Positions 40,201 to 54,600 of a stretch of DNA of 64,000 nucleotides are shown here, piece after piece. A program made the translations under genes and the position numbers. Position 1 is the first letter of the stretch, and each line of letters begins with the position of its first letter. Source of the stretch: Squalus acanthias (Eukaryota); the NCBI GenBank assembly GCA_030390025.1, contig CM059431.1:136154001-136218000 (forward strand), written 5' to 3'. Under the pieces are notes generated by a model. The model saw only the letters and a list, made by a program, of their open reading frames with translations, was not told the DNA's origin and searched no databases.

Positions 40201-43200
40201 GTAGAATCATCACAGACCACTACAGGAGTAGGATCATCACAGACCACTACAGCAGTAGAATCATCACAGACCACTACAGGAGTAGAATCATCACAGACCA
40301 CTACAGGAGTAGGATCATCACAGACCACTACAGGAGTAGAATCATCACAGACCACTACAGGAGTAGGATCATCACAGACCACTACAGGAGTAGAATCATC
40401 ACAGACCACTACAGGAGTAGAATCATCACAGACCACAACAGGAGTAGAATCATCACAGACCACTACAGGAGTAGAATCATCACAGACCACTACAGGAGTA
40501 GAATCATCACAGACCACTACAGGAGTAGAATCATCACAGACCAATACAGGAGTAGGATCATCAGAGACCACTACAGCAGTAGAATCATCACAGACCACTA
40601 CAGGAGTAGAATCATCACAGACCACTACAGGAATAGAATCATCACAGACCACTACAGGAGTAGAATCATCACAGACCACTACAGGAGTAGAATCATCACA
40701 GACCACTACAGGAGTAGGATCATCACAGACCACTACAGGAGTAGATTCATCACAGACCACTACAGGAGTAGAATCATCACAGACCACAACAGGAGTAGGA
40801 TCATCACAGACAACTACAGGAGTAGAATCATCACAGACCACTACAGGAGTAGAATCATCACAGACCACTACAGGAGTAGAATCATCACAGACCACTACAG
40901 GAGTAGGATCATCACAGACCACTACAGCAGTAGAATCATCACAGACCACTACAGGAGTAGAATCATCACAGACCTCGACAGGAGTAGAAGCATCACAGAC
41001 CACTACAGGAATAGAATCATCACAGACCACTACAGGAGTAGAATCATCACAGACCACTACAGGAGTAGAATCATCACAGACCACTACAGGAGTAGGATCA
41101 TCACAGACCACTACAGGAGTAGAATCATCACAGAATACTACAGGAGTAGAATCATCACAGACCACTACAGGAGTAGAATCATCACAGACCACTACAGGAG
41201 TAGGATCATCACAGACCACTACAGGAGTAGAATCATCACAGACCACTACAGGAGTAGAATCATCACCGACCACTACAGGCGTAGGATCAACACAGACCAC
41301 TACAGGAGTGGGATCATCACAGACCACTACAGGAGTAGAATCATCACAGACCACTACAGGAGTAGGATCACCACAGACCACTACAGGAGTAGAATCATCA
41401 CAGACCACTACAGGAGTAGAATCATCACAGACCACTACAGGAGTAGGATCATCACAGACCACTACAGGAGTAGAATCATCACAGACCACTACAGGAGTAG
41501 AATCATCACAGACCACTACAGGAGTAGAATCATCACAGACCACTACAGGAGTAGGATCATCACAGACCACTACAGCAGCAGGATCATCACAGACCACTAC
41601 AGGAGTAGAATCATCACAGACCACTACAGGAGTAGAATCATCACAGACCACTACAGGAGTAGAATCATCACAGACCACTACAGGAGTAGGATCATCACAG
41701 ACCACTACAGGAGTAGAATCATCACAGACCACTACAGGAGTAGAATCATCACAGACCTCTACAGGAGTAGAAGCATCACAGACCACTACAGGAATAGAAT
41801 CATCACAGACCACTACAGGAGTAGAATCATCACAGACCACTACAGGAGTAGAATCATCACAGACCACTACAGGAGTAGGATCATCACAGACCACTACAGG
41901 AGTAGAATCATCACAGACCACTACAGGAGTAGAATCATCACAGACCACTACAGGAGTAGAATCATCACAGACCACTACAGGAGTAGATCATCACAGACCA
42001 CTACAGGAGTAGAATCATCACAGACCACTACAGGAGTAGAATCATCACCGACCACTACAGGAGTAGGATCAACACAGACCACTACAGGAGTAGATCATCA
42101 CAGACCACTACAGGAGTAGAATCATCACAGACCACCACAGGAGTAGATCATCACAGACCACTACAGGAGTAGAATCATCACAGACCACTACAGGAGTAGA
42201 ATCATCACAGACCACTACAGGAGTAGGATCATCACAGACCACTACAGGAGTAGAATCATCACAGACCACTACAGGAGTAGAATCATCACAGACCACTACA
42301 GGAGTAGAATCATCACTGACCACTACAGGAGTAGGATCATCACAGACCACTACAGCAGTAGAATCATCACAGACCACTACCGGAGTAGAGTCATCACAGA
42401 CCGCTACAGGAGTAGAAGCATCACAGACCACTACAGGAATAGATCATCACAGACCACTACAGGAGTAGAATCATCACAGACCACTACAGGAGTAGAATCA
42501 TCACAGACCACTACAGGAGTAGGATCATCACAGAATACTACAGGAGTAGAATCATCACAGACCACTACAGGAGTAGAATCATCACAGACCACTACAGGAG
42601 TAGGATCATCACAGACCACTACAGGAGTAGAATCATCACAGACCACTACAGGAGTAGAATCATCAAAGACGACTACAGGAGAAGAATCATCACAGACCAC
42701 TACAGGAGTAGAATCATCACAGACCACAACAGGAGTAGAATCATCACAGACCACTAAAGGAGTAGAATCATCACAGACCACTACAGGAGTAGGATCATCA
42801 CAGACCACTACAGCAGTAGAATCATCACAGACCACTACAGGAGTAGAATCATCACAGACCACTACAGGAGTAGGATCATCACAGACCACTACAGGAGTAG
42901 AATCATCACAGACCACTACAGGAGTAGGATCATCACAGACCACTACAGGAGTAGAATCATCACAGACCACTACAGGAGTAGAATCATCACAGACCACTAC
43001 AGGAGTAGAATCATCACAGACCACTACAGGAGTAGAATCATCACAGACCACTACAGGAGTAGAATCATCACAGACCACTACAGGAGTAGAATCATCACAG
43101 ACCAATACAGGAGTAGGATCATCACAGACCACTACAGCAGTAGAATCATCACAGACCACTACAGGAGTAGAATCATCACAGACCACTACAGGAATAGAAT

Positions 43201-46200
43201 CATCACAGACCACTACAGGAGTAGAATCATCACAGACCACTACAGGAGTAGAATCATCACAGACCACTACAGGAGTAGGATCATCACAGACCACTACAGG
43301 AGTAGATCATCACAGACCACTACAGGAGTAGAATCATCACAGACCACTACAGGAGTAGGATCATCACAGACCACTACAGGAGTAGAATCATCACAGACCA
43401 CTACAGGAGTAGAATCATCACAGACCACTACAGGAGTAGAATCATCACAGACCACTACAGGAGTAGGATCATCACAGACCACTACAGCAGTAGAATCATC
43501 ACAGACCACTACCGGAGTAGAATCATCACAGACCTCTACAGGAGTAGAAGCATCACAGACCACTACAGGAATAGAATCATCACAGACCACTACAGGAGTA
43601 GAATCATCACAGACCACTACAGGAGTAGAATCATCACAGACCACTACAGGAGTAGGATCATCACAGACCACTACAGGAGTAGAATCATCACAGACCACTA
43701 CAGGAGTAGAATCATCACAGACCACTACAGGAGTAGAATCATCACAGACCACTACAGGAGTAGGATCATCACAGACCACTACAGGAGTAGAATCATCACA
43801 GACCACTACAGGAGTAGAATCATCACCGACCACTACAGGAGTAGGATCATCACAGACCACTACAGGAGTAGGATCATCACAGACCACTACAGGAGTAGAA
43901 TCATCACAGACCACTACAGGAGTAGGATCACCACAGACCACTACAGGAGTAGAATCATCACAGACCACTACAGGAGTAGAATCATCACAGACCACTACAG
44001 GAGTAGGATCATCACAGACCACTACAGGAGTAGAATCATCACAGACCACTACAGGAGTAGAATCATCACAGACCACTACAGGAGTAGAATCATCACAGAC
44101 CACTACAGGAGTAGGATCATCACAGACCACTACAGGAGTAGGATCATCACAGACCACTACAGGAGTAGAATCATCACAGACCACTACAGGAGTAGAATCA
44201 TCACAGACCACTACAGGAGTAGAATCATCACAGACCACTACAGGAGTAGAATCATCACAGACCACTACAGGAGTAGAATCATCACAGACCACTACAGGAG
44301 TAGGATCATCACAGAACACTACAGGAGTAGAATCATCACAGACCACTACAGGAGTAGAATCATCACAGACCACTACAGGAGTAGGATCATCACAGACCAC
44401 TACAGGAGTAGAATCATCACAGACCACTACAGGAGTAGAATCATCACAGACCACTACAGGAGTAGAATCATCACAGACCACTACAGGAGTAGAATCATCA
44501 CAGACCACTACAGGAGTAGAATCATCACAGACCACTACAGGAGTAGAATCATCACAGACCACTACAGGAGTAGAATCATCACAGACCACTACAGGAGTAG
44601 AATCATCACAGACCACTACAGGAGTAGAATCATCACAGACCACTACAGGAGTAGGATCATCACAGACCACTACAGGAGTAGAATCATCACAGACCACTAC
44701 AGGAGTAGAATCATCACAGACCACTACAGGAGTAGGATCATCACAGACCACTACAGGAGTAGAATCATCACAGACCACTACAGGAGTAGAATCATCACAG
44801 ACCACTACAGGAGTAGGATCATCACAGACCACTACAGCAGCAGGATCATCACAGACCACTACCGGAGTAGAGTCATCACAGACCGCTACAGGAGTAGAAG
44901 CATCACAGACCACTACAGGAGTAGAATCATCACAGACCACTACAGGAGTAGAATCATCACAGACCACTACAGGAGTAGAATCATCACAGACCACTACAGG
45001 AGTAGGATCATCACAGAACACTACAGGAGTAGATCATCACAGACCACTACAGGAGTAGAATCATCACAGACCACTACAGGAGTAGATCATCACAGACCAC
45101 TACAGGAGTAGAATCATCACAGACCACTACAGGAGTAGAATCATCACAGACCACTACAGGAGTAGAATCATCACAGACCACTACAGGAGTAGATCATCAC
45201 AGACCACTACAGGAGTAGAATCATCACAGACCACTACAGGAGTAGAATCATCACAGACCACTACAGGAGTAGAATCATCACAGACCACTACAGGAGTAGG
45301 ATCATCACAGACCACTACAGGAGTAGAATCATCACAGACCACTACAGGAGTAGAAAAATCACAGACCACAACAGGAGTAGGATCATCACAGACCACTACA
45401 GGAGTAGAATCATCACAGACCACTACAGGAGTAGAATCATCACAGACCACTACAGGAGTAGAATCATCACAGACCACTACAGGAGTAGGATCATCACAGA
45501 CCAATACAGCAGTAGAATCATCACAGACCACTACAGGAGTAGAATCATCACAGACCACTACAGGAGTAGAATCATCACAGACCACTACAGGAGTAGGATC
45601 ACCACAGACCACTACAGGAGTAGAATCATCACAGACCACTACAGGAGTAGAATCATCACAGACCACAACAGGAGTAGGATCATCACAGACCACTACAGGA
45701 GTAGAATCATCACAGACCACTACAGGAGTAGAATCATCACAGACCACTACAGGAGTAGAATCATCACAGACCACTACAGGAGTAGGATCATCACAGACCA
45801 CTACAGCAGCAGGATCATCACAGACCACTACCGGAGTAGAGTCATCACAGACCGCTACAGGAGTAGAAGCATCACAGACCACTACAGGAATAGAATCATC
45901 ACAGACCACTACAGGAGTAGAATCATCACAGACCACTACAGGAGTAGAATCATCACAGACCACTACAGGAGTAGGATCATCACAGAATACTACAGGAGTA
46001 GAATCATCACAGACCACTACAGGAGTAGAATCATCACAGACCACTACAGGAGTAGGATCATCACAGACCACTACAGGAGTAGAATCATCACAGACCACTA
46101 CAGGAGTAGAATCATCACAGACCACTACAGGAGTAGGATCATCACAGACCACTACAGGAGTAGAATCATCACAGACCACTACAGGAGTAGAATCATCACA

Positions 46201-49200
46201 GACCACTACAGGAGTAGAAGCATCACAGACCACTACAGGAATAGAATCATCACAGACCACTACAGGAGTAGAATCATCACAGACCACTACAGGAGTAGAA
46301 TCATCACAGACCACTACAGGAGTAGGATCATCACAGAATACTACAGGAGTAGAATCATCACAGACCACTACAGGAGTAGAATCATCACAGACCACTACAG
46401 GAGTAGGATCATCACAGACCACTACAGGAGTAGAATCATCACAGACCACTACAGGAGTAGAATCATCAAAGACGACTACAGGAGTAGAATCATCACAGAC
46501 CACTACAGGAGTAGAATCATCACAGACCACAACAGGAGAAGGATCATCACAGACCACTACAGGAGTAGAATCATCACAGACCACTACAGGAGTAGGATCA
46601 TCACAGACCACTACAGGAGTAGAATCATCACAGACCACTACAGGAGTAGAATCATCACAGACCACTACAGGAGTAGAATCATCACAGACCACTACAGGAG
46701 TAGGATCATCACAGACCACTACAGGAGTAGAATCATCACAGACCACTACAGGAGCAGAAAAATCACAGACCACAACAGGAGTAGGATCATCACAGACCAC
46801 TACAGGAGTAGAATCATCACAGACCACTACAGGAGTAGAATCATCACAGACCACTACAGGAGTAGAATCATCACAGACCACTACAGGAGTAGGATCATCA
46901 CAGACCACTACAGGAGTAGAATCATCACAGACCACTACAGGAGTAGAATCATCACAGACCACTACAGGAGTAGGATCATCACAGACCACTACAGGAGTAG
47001 AATCATCACAGACCACTACAGGAGTAGGAATCATCACAGACCACTACAGGAGTAGAATCATCACAGACCACTACAGGAGTAGAATCATCACAGACCACAA
47101 CAGGAGTAGAATCATCACAGACCACTACAGGAGTAGAATCATCACAGACCACTACAGGAGTAGAATCATCACAGACCACTACAGGAGTAGAATCATCACA
47201 GACCACTACAGGAGTAGGATCATCACAGACCACTACAGCAGTAGAATCATCACAGACCACTACAGGAGTAGAATCATCACAGACCACTACAGGAATAGAA
47301 TCATCACAGACCACTACAGGAGTAGAATCATCACAGACCACTACAGGAGTAGGAATCATCACAGACCACTACAGGAGTAGGATCATCACAGATCAGTACA
47401 GGAGTAGATTCATCACAGACCACTACAGGAGTAGAATCATCACAGACCACAACAGGAGTAGGATCATCACAGACAACTACAGGTGTAGAATCATCACAGA
47501 CCACTACCGGAGTAGAATCATCACAGACCTCGACAGGAGTAGAAGCATCACAGACCACTACAGGAATAGAATCATCACAGACCACTACAGGAGTAGAATC
47601 ATCACAGACCACTACAGGAGTAGAATCATCACAGACCACTACAGGAGTAGGATCATCACAGACCACTACAGGAGTAGAATCATCACAGAATACTACAGGA
47701 GTAGAATCATCACAGACCACTACAGGAGTAGAATCATCACAGACCACTACAGGAGTAGGATCATCACAGACCACTACAGGAGTAGAATCATCACAGACCA
47801 CTACAGGAGTAGAATCATCACCGACCACTACAGGCGTAGGATCAACACAGACCACTACAGGAGTGGGATCATCACAGACCACTACAGGAGTAGAATCATC
47901 ACAGACCACTACAGGAGTAGGATCACCACAGACCACTACAGGAGTAGAATCATCACAGACCACTACAGGAGTAGAATCATCACAGACCACAACAGGAGTA
48001 GGATCATCACAGACCACTACAGGAGTTGAATCATCACAGACCACTACAGGAGTAGAATCATCACAGACCACTACAGGAGTAGAATCATCACAGACCACTA
48101 CAGGAGTAGGATCATCACAGACCACTACAGCAGTAGAATCATCACAGACCACTACCGGAGTAGAGTCATCACAGACCGCTACAGGAGTAGAAGCATCACA
48201 GACCACTACAGGAATAGAATCATCACAGACCACGACAGGAGTAGAATCATCACAGACCACTACAGGAGTAGAATCATCACAGACCACTACAGGAGTAGGA
48301 TCATCACAGAATACTACAGGAGTAGAATCATCACAGACCACTACAGGAGTAGAATCATCACAGACCACTACAGGAGTAGGATCATCACAGACCACTACAG
48401 GTGTAGAATCATCACAGACCACTACAGGAGTAGAATCATCAAAGACGACTACAGGAGTAGAATCATCACAGACCACTACAGGAGTAGAATCATCACAGAC
48501 CACTACAGGAATAGAATCATCACAGACCACTACAGGAGTAGAATCATCACAGACCACTACAGGAGTAGAATCATCACAGACCACTACAGGAGTAGGATCA
48601 TCACAGACCACTACAGGAGTAGAATCATCACAGACCACTACAGGAGTAGAATCATCACAGACCACAACAGGAGTAGGATCATCACAGACCACTACAGGAG
48701 TAGAATCATCACAGACCACTACAGGAGTAGGATCATCACAGACCACTACAGGAGTAGAATCATCACAGACCACTACAGGAGTAGGATCATCACAGACCAC
48801 TACAGCAGTAGAATCATCACAGACCACTACAGGAGTAGAATCATCACAGACCACAACAGGAATAGAATCATCACAGACCACTACAGGAGTAGAATCATCA
48901 CAAACCACTACAGGAGTAGAATCATCACAGACCACTACAGGAGTAGGATCATCACAGACCACTACAGGAGTAGAATCATCACAGACCACTACAGGAGTAG
49001 AATCATCACAGACCACAACAGAAGTAGGATCATCACAGACCACTACAGGAGTAGAATCATCACAGACCACTACAGGAGTAGAATCATCACAGACCACTAC
49101 AGGAGTAGAATCATCACAGACCACTACAGGAGTAGGATCATCACAGACCACTACAGCAGTAGAATCATCACAGACCACTACCGGAGTAGAATTATCACAG

Positions 49201-49458
49201 ACCTCTACAGGAGTAGAAGCATCACAGACCACTACAGGAATAGAATCATCACAGACCACTACAGGAGTAGAATCATCACAGACCACTACAGGAGTAGAAT
49301 CATCACAGACCACTACTGAAGTAGGATCATCACAGAGCACTACAGGAGTAGAATCATCACAGACCACTACTGGAGTAGAATCATCACAGACCACTACAGG
49401 AGTAGAATCATCACAGACAACTACAGGAGTAGAATCATCACAGACCACTACAGGAGTA
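10208..49458 (+). repeat. Main 27-bp satellite array (~39 kb) with higher-order repeats
   Basis: Uninterrupted monomers, with occasional 24-bp monomers (GGAGAATC). Duplicated variant strings at offsets 942, 1779, 2322 and 3780 bp. Confidence 0.98.
26810..31000 (+). repeat. Essentially variant-free consensus block of the satellite (~155 monomers)
   Basis: Only the exact consensus, apart from three 1-bp-deleted GTAGATC monomers (~27311, ~27391, ~28146). A shorter pure run lies at ~25810-26300. Confidence 0.9.
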
Positions 49459-51682
49459 AACATAGAAACATGGAAACATAGAAACATAGAAAATACGTGC
49501 AGGAGTAGACCATTCGGTCCTTCGAGCCTGCACCGCCATTCAATGCGTTCATGGCTGAACATGCTACTCAGTACCCCATTCCTGCTTTCTCACCATACCC
49601 CTTGATCCCCCTAGTTGTGAGTATTATATCTAACTCACTTTTGAATATATTTAGCGAACTGGCCTCAACAATCTTCTGTGGTAGAGAATTCCACAGATTC
49701 ACCACTCTCTGGGTGAAGAAGTTCCTCCTCATCTCAGTCTTAAATGGCTTCGACTTTATCCTTAGACTGTGACCCCTGGTTTTAGTTTTCCCTAACATTG
49801 GAAATATTCTGCCCGCATCTAATTTGTCTGAACCAGTCAGGATTTTAAACGTCTCTATAATATCCCCCCTCATTCTTCTGAACTCCAGAGGATACAAGTT
49901 CAGTTGATCCAGTCTTTCTTGATATGTCAGTCTGGCCATCCAAGGAATCAATCTAGTGAACCTTCGTTGCACTCCCTCAATAGCAAGAATGTCCTTCCTC
50001 AAGTTAGGAGACCAAAACTGCATACAATACTCCAGGTGTGGCCTCACCAAGGCCCTGTACAATTGTAGCATCACCTCCCTACTCCTGTACTCATATCCCC
50101 TTGCTATGAAGGCCATCATGCCATTTGCTTTCTTGACTGCCTGCTGCACTTGCCTTCCCACCTTCAGTGACTGATGTACCATGACGCCCAGGTCTCGTTG
50201 CACCTCCCCTTTCCCTAATCTGCCACCATTCAGGTAATAGTCTGCCTCCCTATTTTTACCACCAAAGTGGATAACCTCACATTTATCCACATTGTACTTC
50301 ATCTGCCATACATTTGCCCATTCACCCAAACTGTCCAAGTCACTCTGTAGCCTCCTAGCATCCTCCTCATTGTTCACACTTCTTCCCAATTTAGTGTCAT
50401 CCGCAAATTTGGAGATATTACAATTAATCCCTTCGTCCAAATCATTAATATATAATGTAAACAGCTGGGGCCCCAGCACCGAACCCTGCGGTAACCCGCT
50501 GGTCACTGCCTGCCATTCTGAAAAGTACCCATTTACTCCTACTCTTTGTTTCCTGTGTGCCAACCAGTTCTCAATCCACGTCAACACATTACCCCCAATC
50601 CCATGTGCTTTAACTTTGCACACCAATCTCTTGTGTGGGACCTTGTCGAAGGCCTTCTGAAAGTCCAAATACACCACATCTACTGGTTCCCCCCTGTCCA
50701 CCCTATTGGAAACATCATCAAAAAATTCCAGAAGATTTGTCAAGCACGATTTCCCTTTCACAAATCCATGCTGACTTGGACCTATCATGTCGCCACTTTC
50801 CAAATGGTCTGTTATGACATCTTTAATAATTGATTCCATCATTTTACACACCACCGATGTCAGGCTGACCGGTCTATAATTCCCTGCTTTCTCCCTCCCT
50901 CCTTTTTTAAAAAGAGGGGTTACATTAGCCACCCTCCACTCCTTTGGAACTGATCCAGAGTCTAAGGAATGTTGGAAAATGATCGTCAATGCATCCACTA
51001 TTTCCAAGGCCACCTCCTTAAGTACTCTGGGATGCAGACCATCAGGCCCTGGGGATTTATCAGCCTTCAGTCACGTCAATTTCCCCAACACGTTTTCCCG
51101 ACTGATCCTTTGATTTATTTTATTTCCGGAAGGTTGTTTGTGTCCTCCACAGTAAACACCGAACCAAAGTACTTGTTCAATTCATCTGACATTTCTTTCT
51201 TCCCCATTATGACTTCCCCTGTTTCTGACTGCAGGGGACCTACGTTTGTTTTTACTAACCTCTTTCTTTTTACATATTTATAGAAGCTTTTGCAGTCCGT
51301 TTTAATGTTCTCCACAAGCTTCCTTTCATATTTTATTTTCCCTGCCCGAATCAAACCCTTCGTCCTCCTCTGCTGAGTTTTAAAGTTCTCCCAGTCCCCG
51401 GGTTTGCTGCCACTTCTGGCCAATTTGTATGCCACTACTTTGCTTTTAATACTATCCCTGATTTCCCTTGTTAGCCATGGTTGAGCCACCTTCCCTTATT
51501 TATTTTTACGCCACACAGGGATGTACAATTGCTGTAGTTCATCATGCGATCTCTAAATGTCTGCCATTGCCCTTCCACTGATAACCCCTTAAATATCGCT
51601 TGCCAATCTAACCTCGCCAATTCACGCATCATACCCTCAAAGTTGCCCTTATTTAAGTTCTGGACCATGGTCTCTGAATTAA
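49459..51682 (-). mobile_element. CR1-clade LINE (CR1-2), 5'-truncated, inserted in satellite
   Basis: Tail of (CATAGAAA)n on + at 49459-49492, 3' UTR hairpin at 49497-49533, RT region. 5' end at NSETMVQNLNKGN. Candidate TSD GAGTA at 49454-49458 and 51683-51687. Confidence 0.95.
49568..51682 (-). pseudogene. CR1-2 ORF2 remnant (linker + reverse transcriptase)
   Basis: 481-aa open RT portion (NYRPVSLTS, YLDFQKAFDKVPH, GLPQGSVLGP, KFADDTKL). Upstream are stops and a short deletion/frameshift near 51070-51120, plus a frameshift near 51540. Confidence 0.93.
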
Positions 51683-54600
51683 GAGTAGAATCATCACAGA
51701 CCACTACAGGAGTAGAATCATCACAGACCACTACAGGAGTAGAATCATCACAGATCACTACAGGAGTCGAATCATCACAGACCACTACAGGAGTAGAATC
51801 ATCACAGATCACTGCAGGAGTAGAATCATCACAGACCACTGCAGGAGTCGAATCATCACAGACCACTACAGGAGTAGGATCATCACAGACCACTACAGGA
51901 GTAGAATCATCACAGACCACGACAGGAGTAGGATCATCACAGACCACTACAGGAGTAGGATCATCACAGACCACTATAGGAGTAGAATCATCACAGACCA
52001 CTACAGGAGTAGGAACATCACCGACCACCACAGGAGTAGAATCATCACAGACCACTACAGGAGTAGGATCATCACAGACCACGAGAGGAGTAGTATCATC
52101 ACAGACCACTACAGGTGTAAAATCATCACAGACGACTACAGGAGTAGAATCATCACAGACCACTACAGGAGTAGAATCATCACAGACCACTACAGGAGTA
52201 GAATCATCACAGACCACTACAGGAGTAGAATCATCACAGACCACTACAGGAGTAGAATCATCACAGACCACTACAGAAGTAGGATTATCACAGACCACTA
52301 CAGGAGTAGAATCATCACAGACCACGACAGGAGTAGTATGATCACAGACCACTACAGGTGTAGAATCATCACTGACGACTACAGGAGTAGAATCATCACA
52401 GACCACTACAGGAGTAGAATCATCACAGATCACTACAGGAGTAGAATCATCACAGATCACTACAGGAGTAGAATCATCACAGACCACTACAGGAGTAGAA
52501 TCATCACAGACCACTACAGGAGTAGAATCATCACAGACCACTACATGAGTTAGATCATCACAGACCACTACAGGAGTAGAATCATCACAGACCACTACAG
52601 GAGTAGGATCATCATAGCCCACTACAGGAGTAGATTCATCACAGACCACTACAGGAGTAGAATCATCACAGACCACTGCAGGAGTAGGATCATCACAGAC
52701 CACTACAGGAGTAGAATCATCACAGACCACTACAGAAGTAGAATCATCACAGACCACTACAGGAGTAGGATCATCACAGACCACTACAGGAGTAGAATCA
52801 TCACAGACCACAACAGAAGTAGAATCATCACAGAACACTACAGGAGTAGGATCATCACAGACCACTACAGGAGTAGAATCATCACAGACCACTACAGCAG
52901 TAGAATCATCACAGACCACTACAGGAGTAGAATCATCACAGACCACTACAGGAGTAGGATCATCACAGACCACTACAGGAGTAGAATCATCACAGACCAC
53001 TACAGGAGTAGAATCATCACAGACTACAACAGGAGTAGGATCATCACAGAACACTACAAGAGTAGAATCATCACAGACCACTACAGGAGTAGAATCATCA
53101 CAGACCACTACCGGAGTAGAAACATCACAGACCACTACAGGAGTAGAAGCATCACAGACCACTACAGGAATAGAATCATCACAGACCACTACAGGAGTAG
53201 AATCATCACAGACCACTACAGGAGTAGAATCATCACAGAAAACTACAGGAGTAGGATCATCACAGACACCTACAGGAGTAGAATCATCACAGACTACTAC
53301 AGGAGTACAAGCATCACAGACCACTACAGGAGTAGAATCATCACAGACCACTACAGGAGTAGGATCATCACAGACCACTACAGGAGTAGAATCATCACAG
53401 ACCACTACAGGAGTAGAATCTTCACCGACCACTACAGGCGTAGGATCATCACAGACCATGACAGGAGTAGAATTATCACAGACCACGACAGGAGTAGAAT
53501 CATCACAGACCACGACAGGAGTAGAATCAACACAGACCACGACAGGAGTAGAATCATCACAGACCACTACAGAAGTAGAATCATCAAAGACCACGACAGG
53601 AGTAGAATCATCACAGACCACTACAGGAGTAGAATTATCACAGACCACTACAGTAGAATCATCACAGACCACTACAAGAGTAGAATAATCACAGACCACT
53701 ACACGAGTAGGATCATCACAGACCACTACAGGAGTAGAATCATCACAGACCACTACAGGAGTAGAATCATCAGAGACCACGACAGGAGTAGAATCATCAC
53801 AGACCACTCCAGGAGTAGAATCATCACAGACCACTACAGGAGTAGAATCATCACAGACTACTACAGGAGTAGAATCATCACAGATCAGTACAGTAGTAGA
53901 ATCATCACAGATCACTACACGAGTAGAATCATCACAGACCACTACAGGAGTAGAATCATCACAGACCACTACAGGAGTAGAATAATCACAGACCACTACA
54001 CGAGTAGGATCATCACAGACCACTACAGGAGTAGAATCATCACAGACCACTACAGGAGTAGAATCATCACAGACCACTACAGGACTAGAATCATCACAGA
54101 CCACAACAGGAGTAGGATCATTACAGACGACTACAGGAGTAGAATCATCACAGACCACTACAGGAGTAGAATTTTTCACAGACCACTACAGGAGTAGAAT
54201 AATCACAGACCACTACAGGAGTAGAATTATCACAGACCACTACAGGAGTAGGATCATCACAGACCACTACAGGAGTAGAACCATCACAGACCACTACAGG
54301 AGTAGATTCATCACAGAACACTACAGGAGTAGAATCATCACAGACCACTACAGGAGTAGAATCATCACAGACCACTACAGGAATAGAATCATCACAGACC
54401 ACTACTGGAGTAGAATCATCACAGTCCACTACAGGAGTAGAATCATCACAGACAACTACAGGAGTAGAATCATCACAGACCACTACAGCAGTAGAATCAT
54501 CACAGACCACTACCGGAGTAGAGTCATCACAGACCTCTACAGGAGTAGAAGCATCACAGACCACTACAGGAATAGAATCATCACAGACCACTACAGGAGT

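Noticed and set aside
47331..52341. Satellite-LINE fusion ORFs (47331-49562, 47863-49605, 51471-54179, 51544-52341; also 6121-7257 and 7721-8470)
   Set aside because: They are incidental read-through from stop-free satellite frames into LINE UTR, antisense or truncated sequence.
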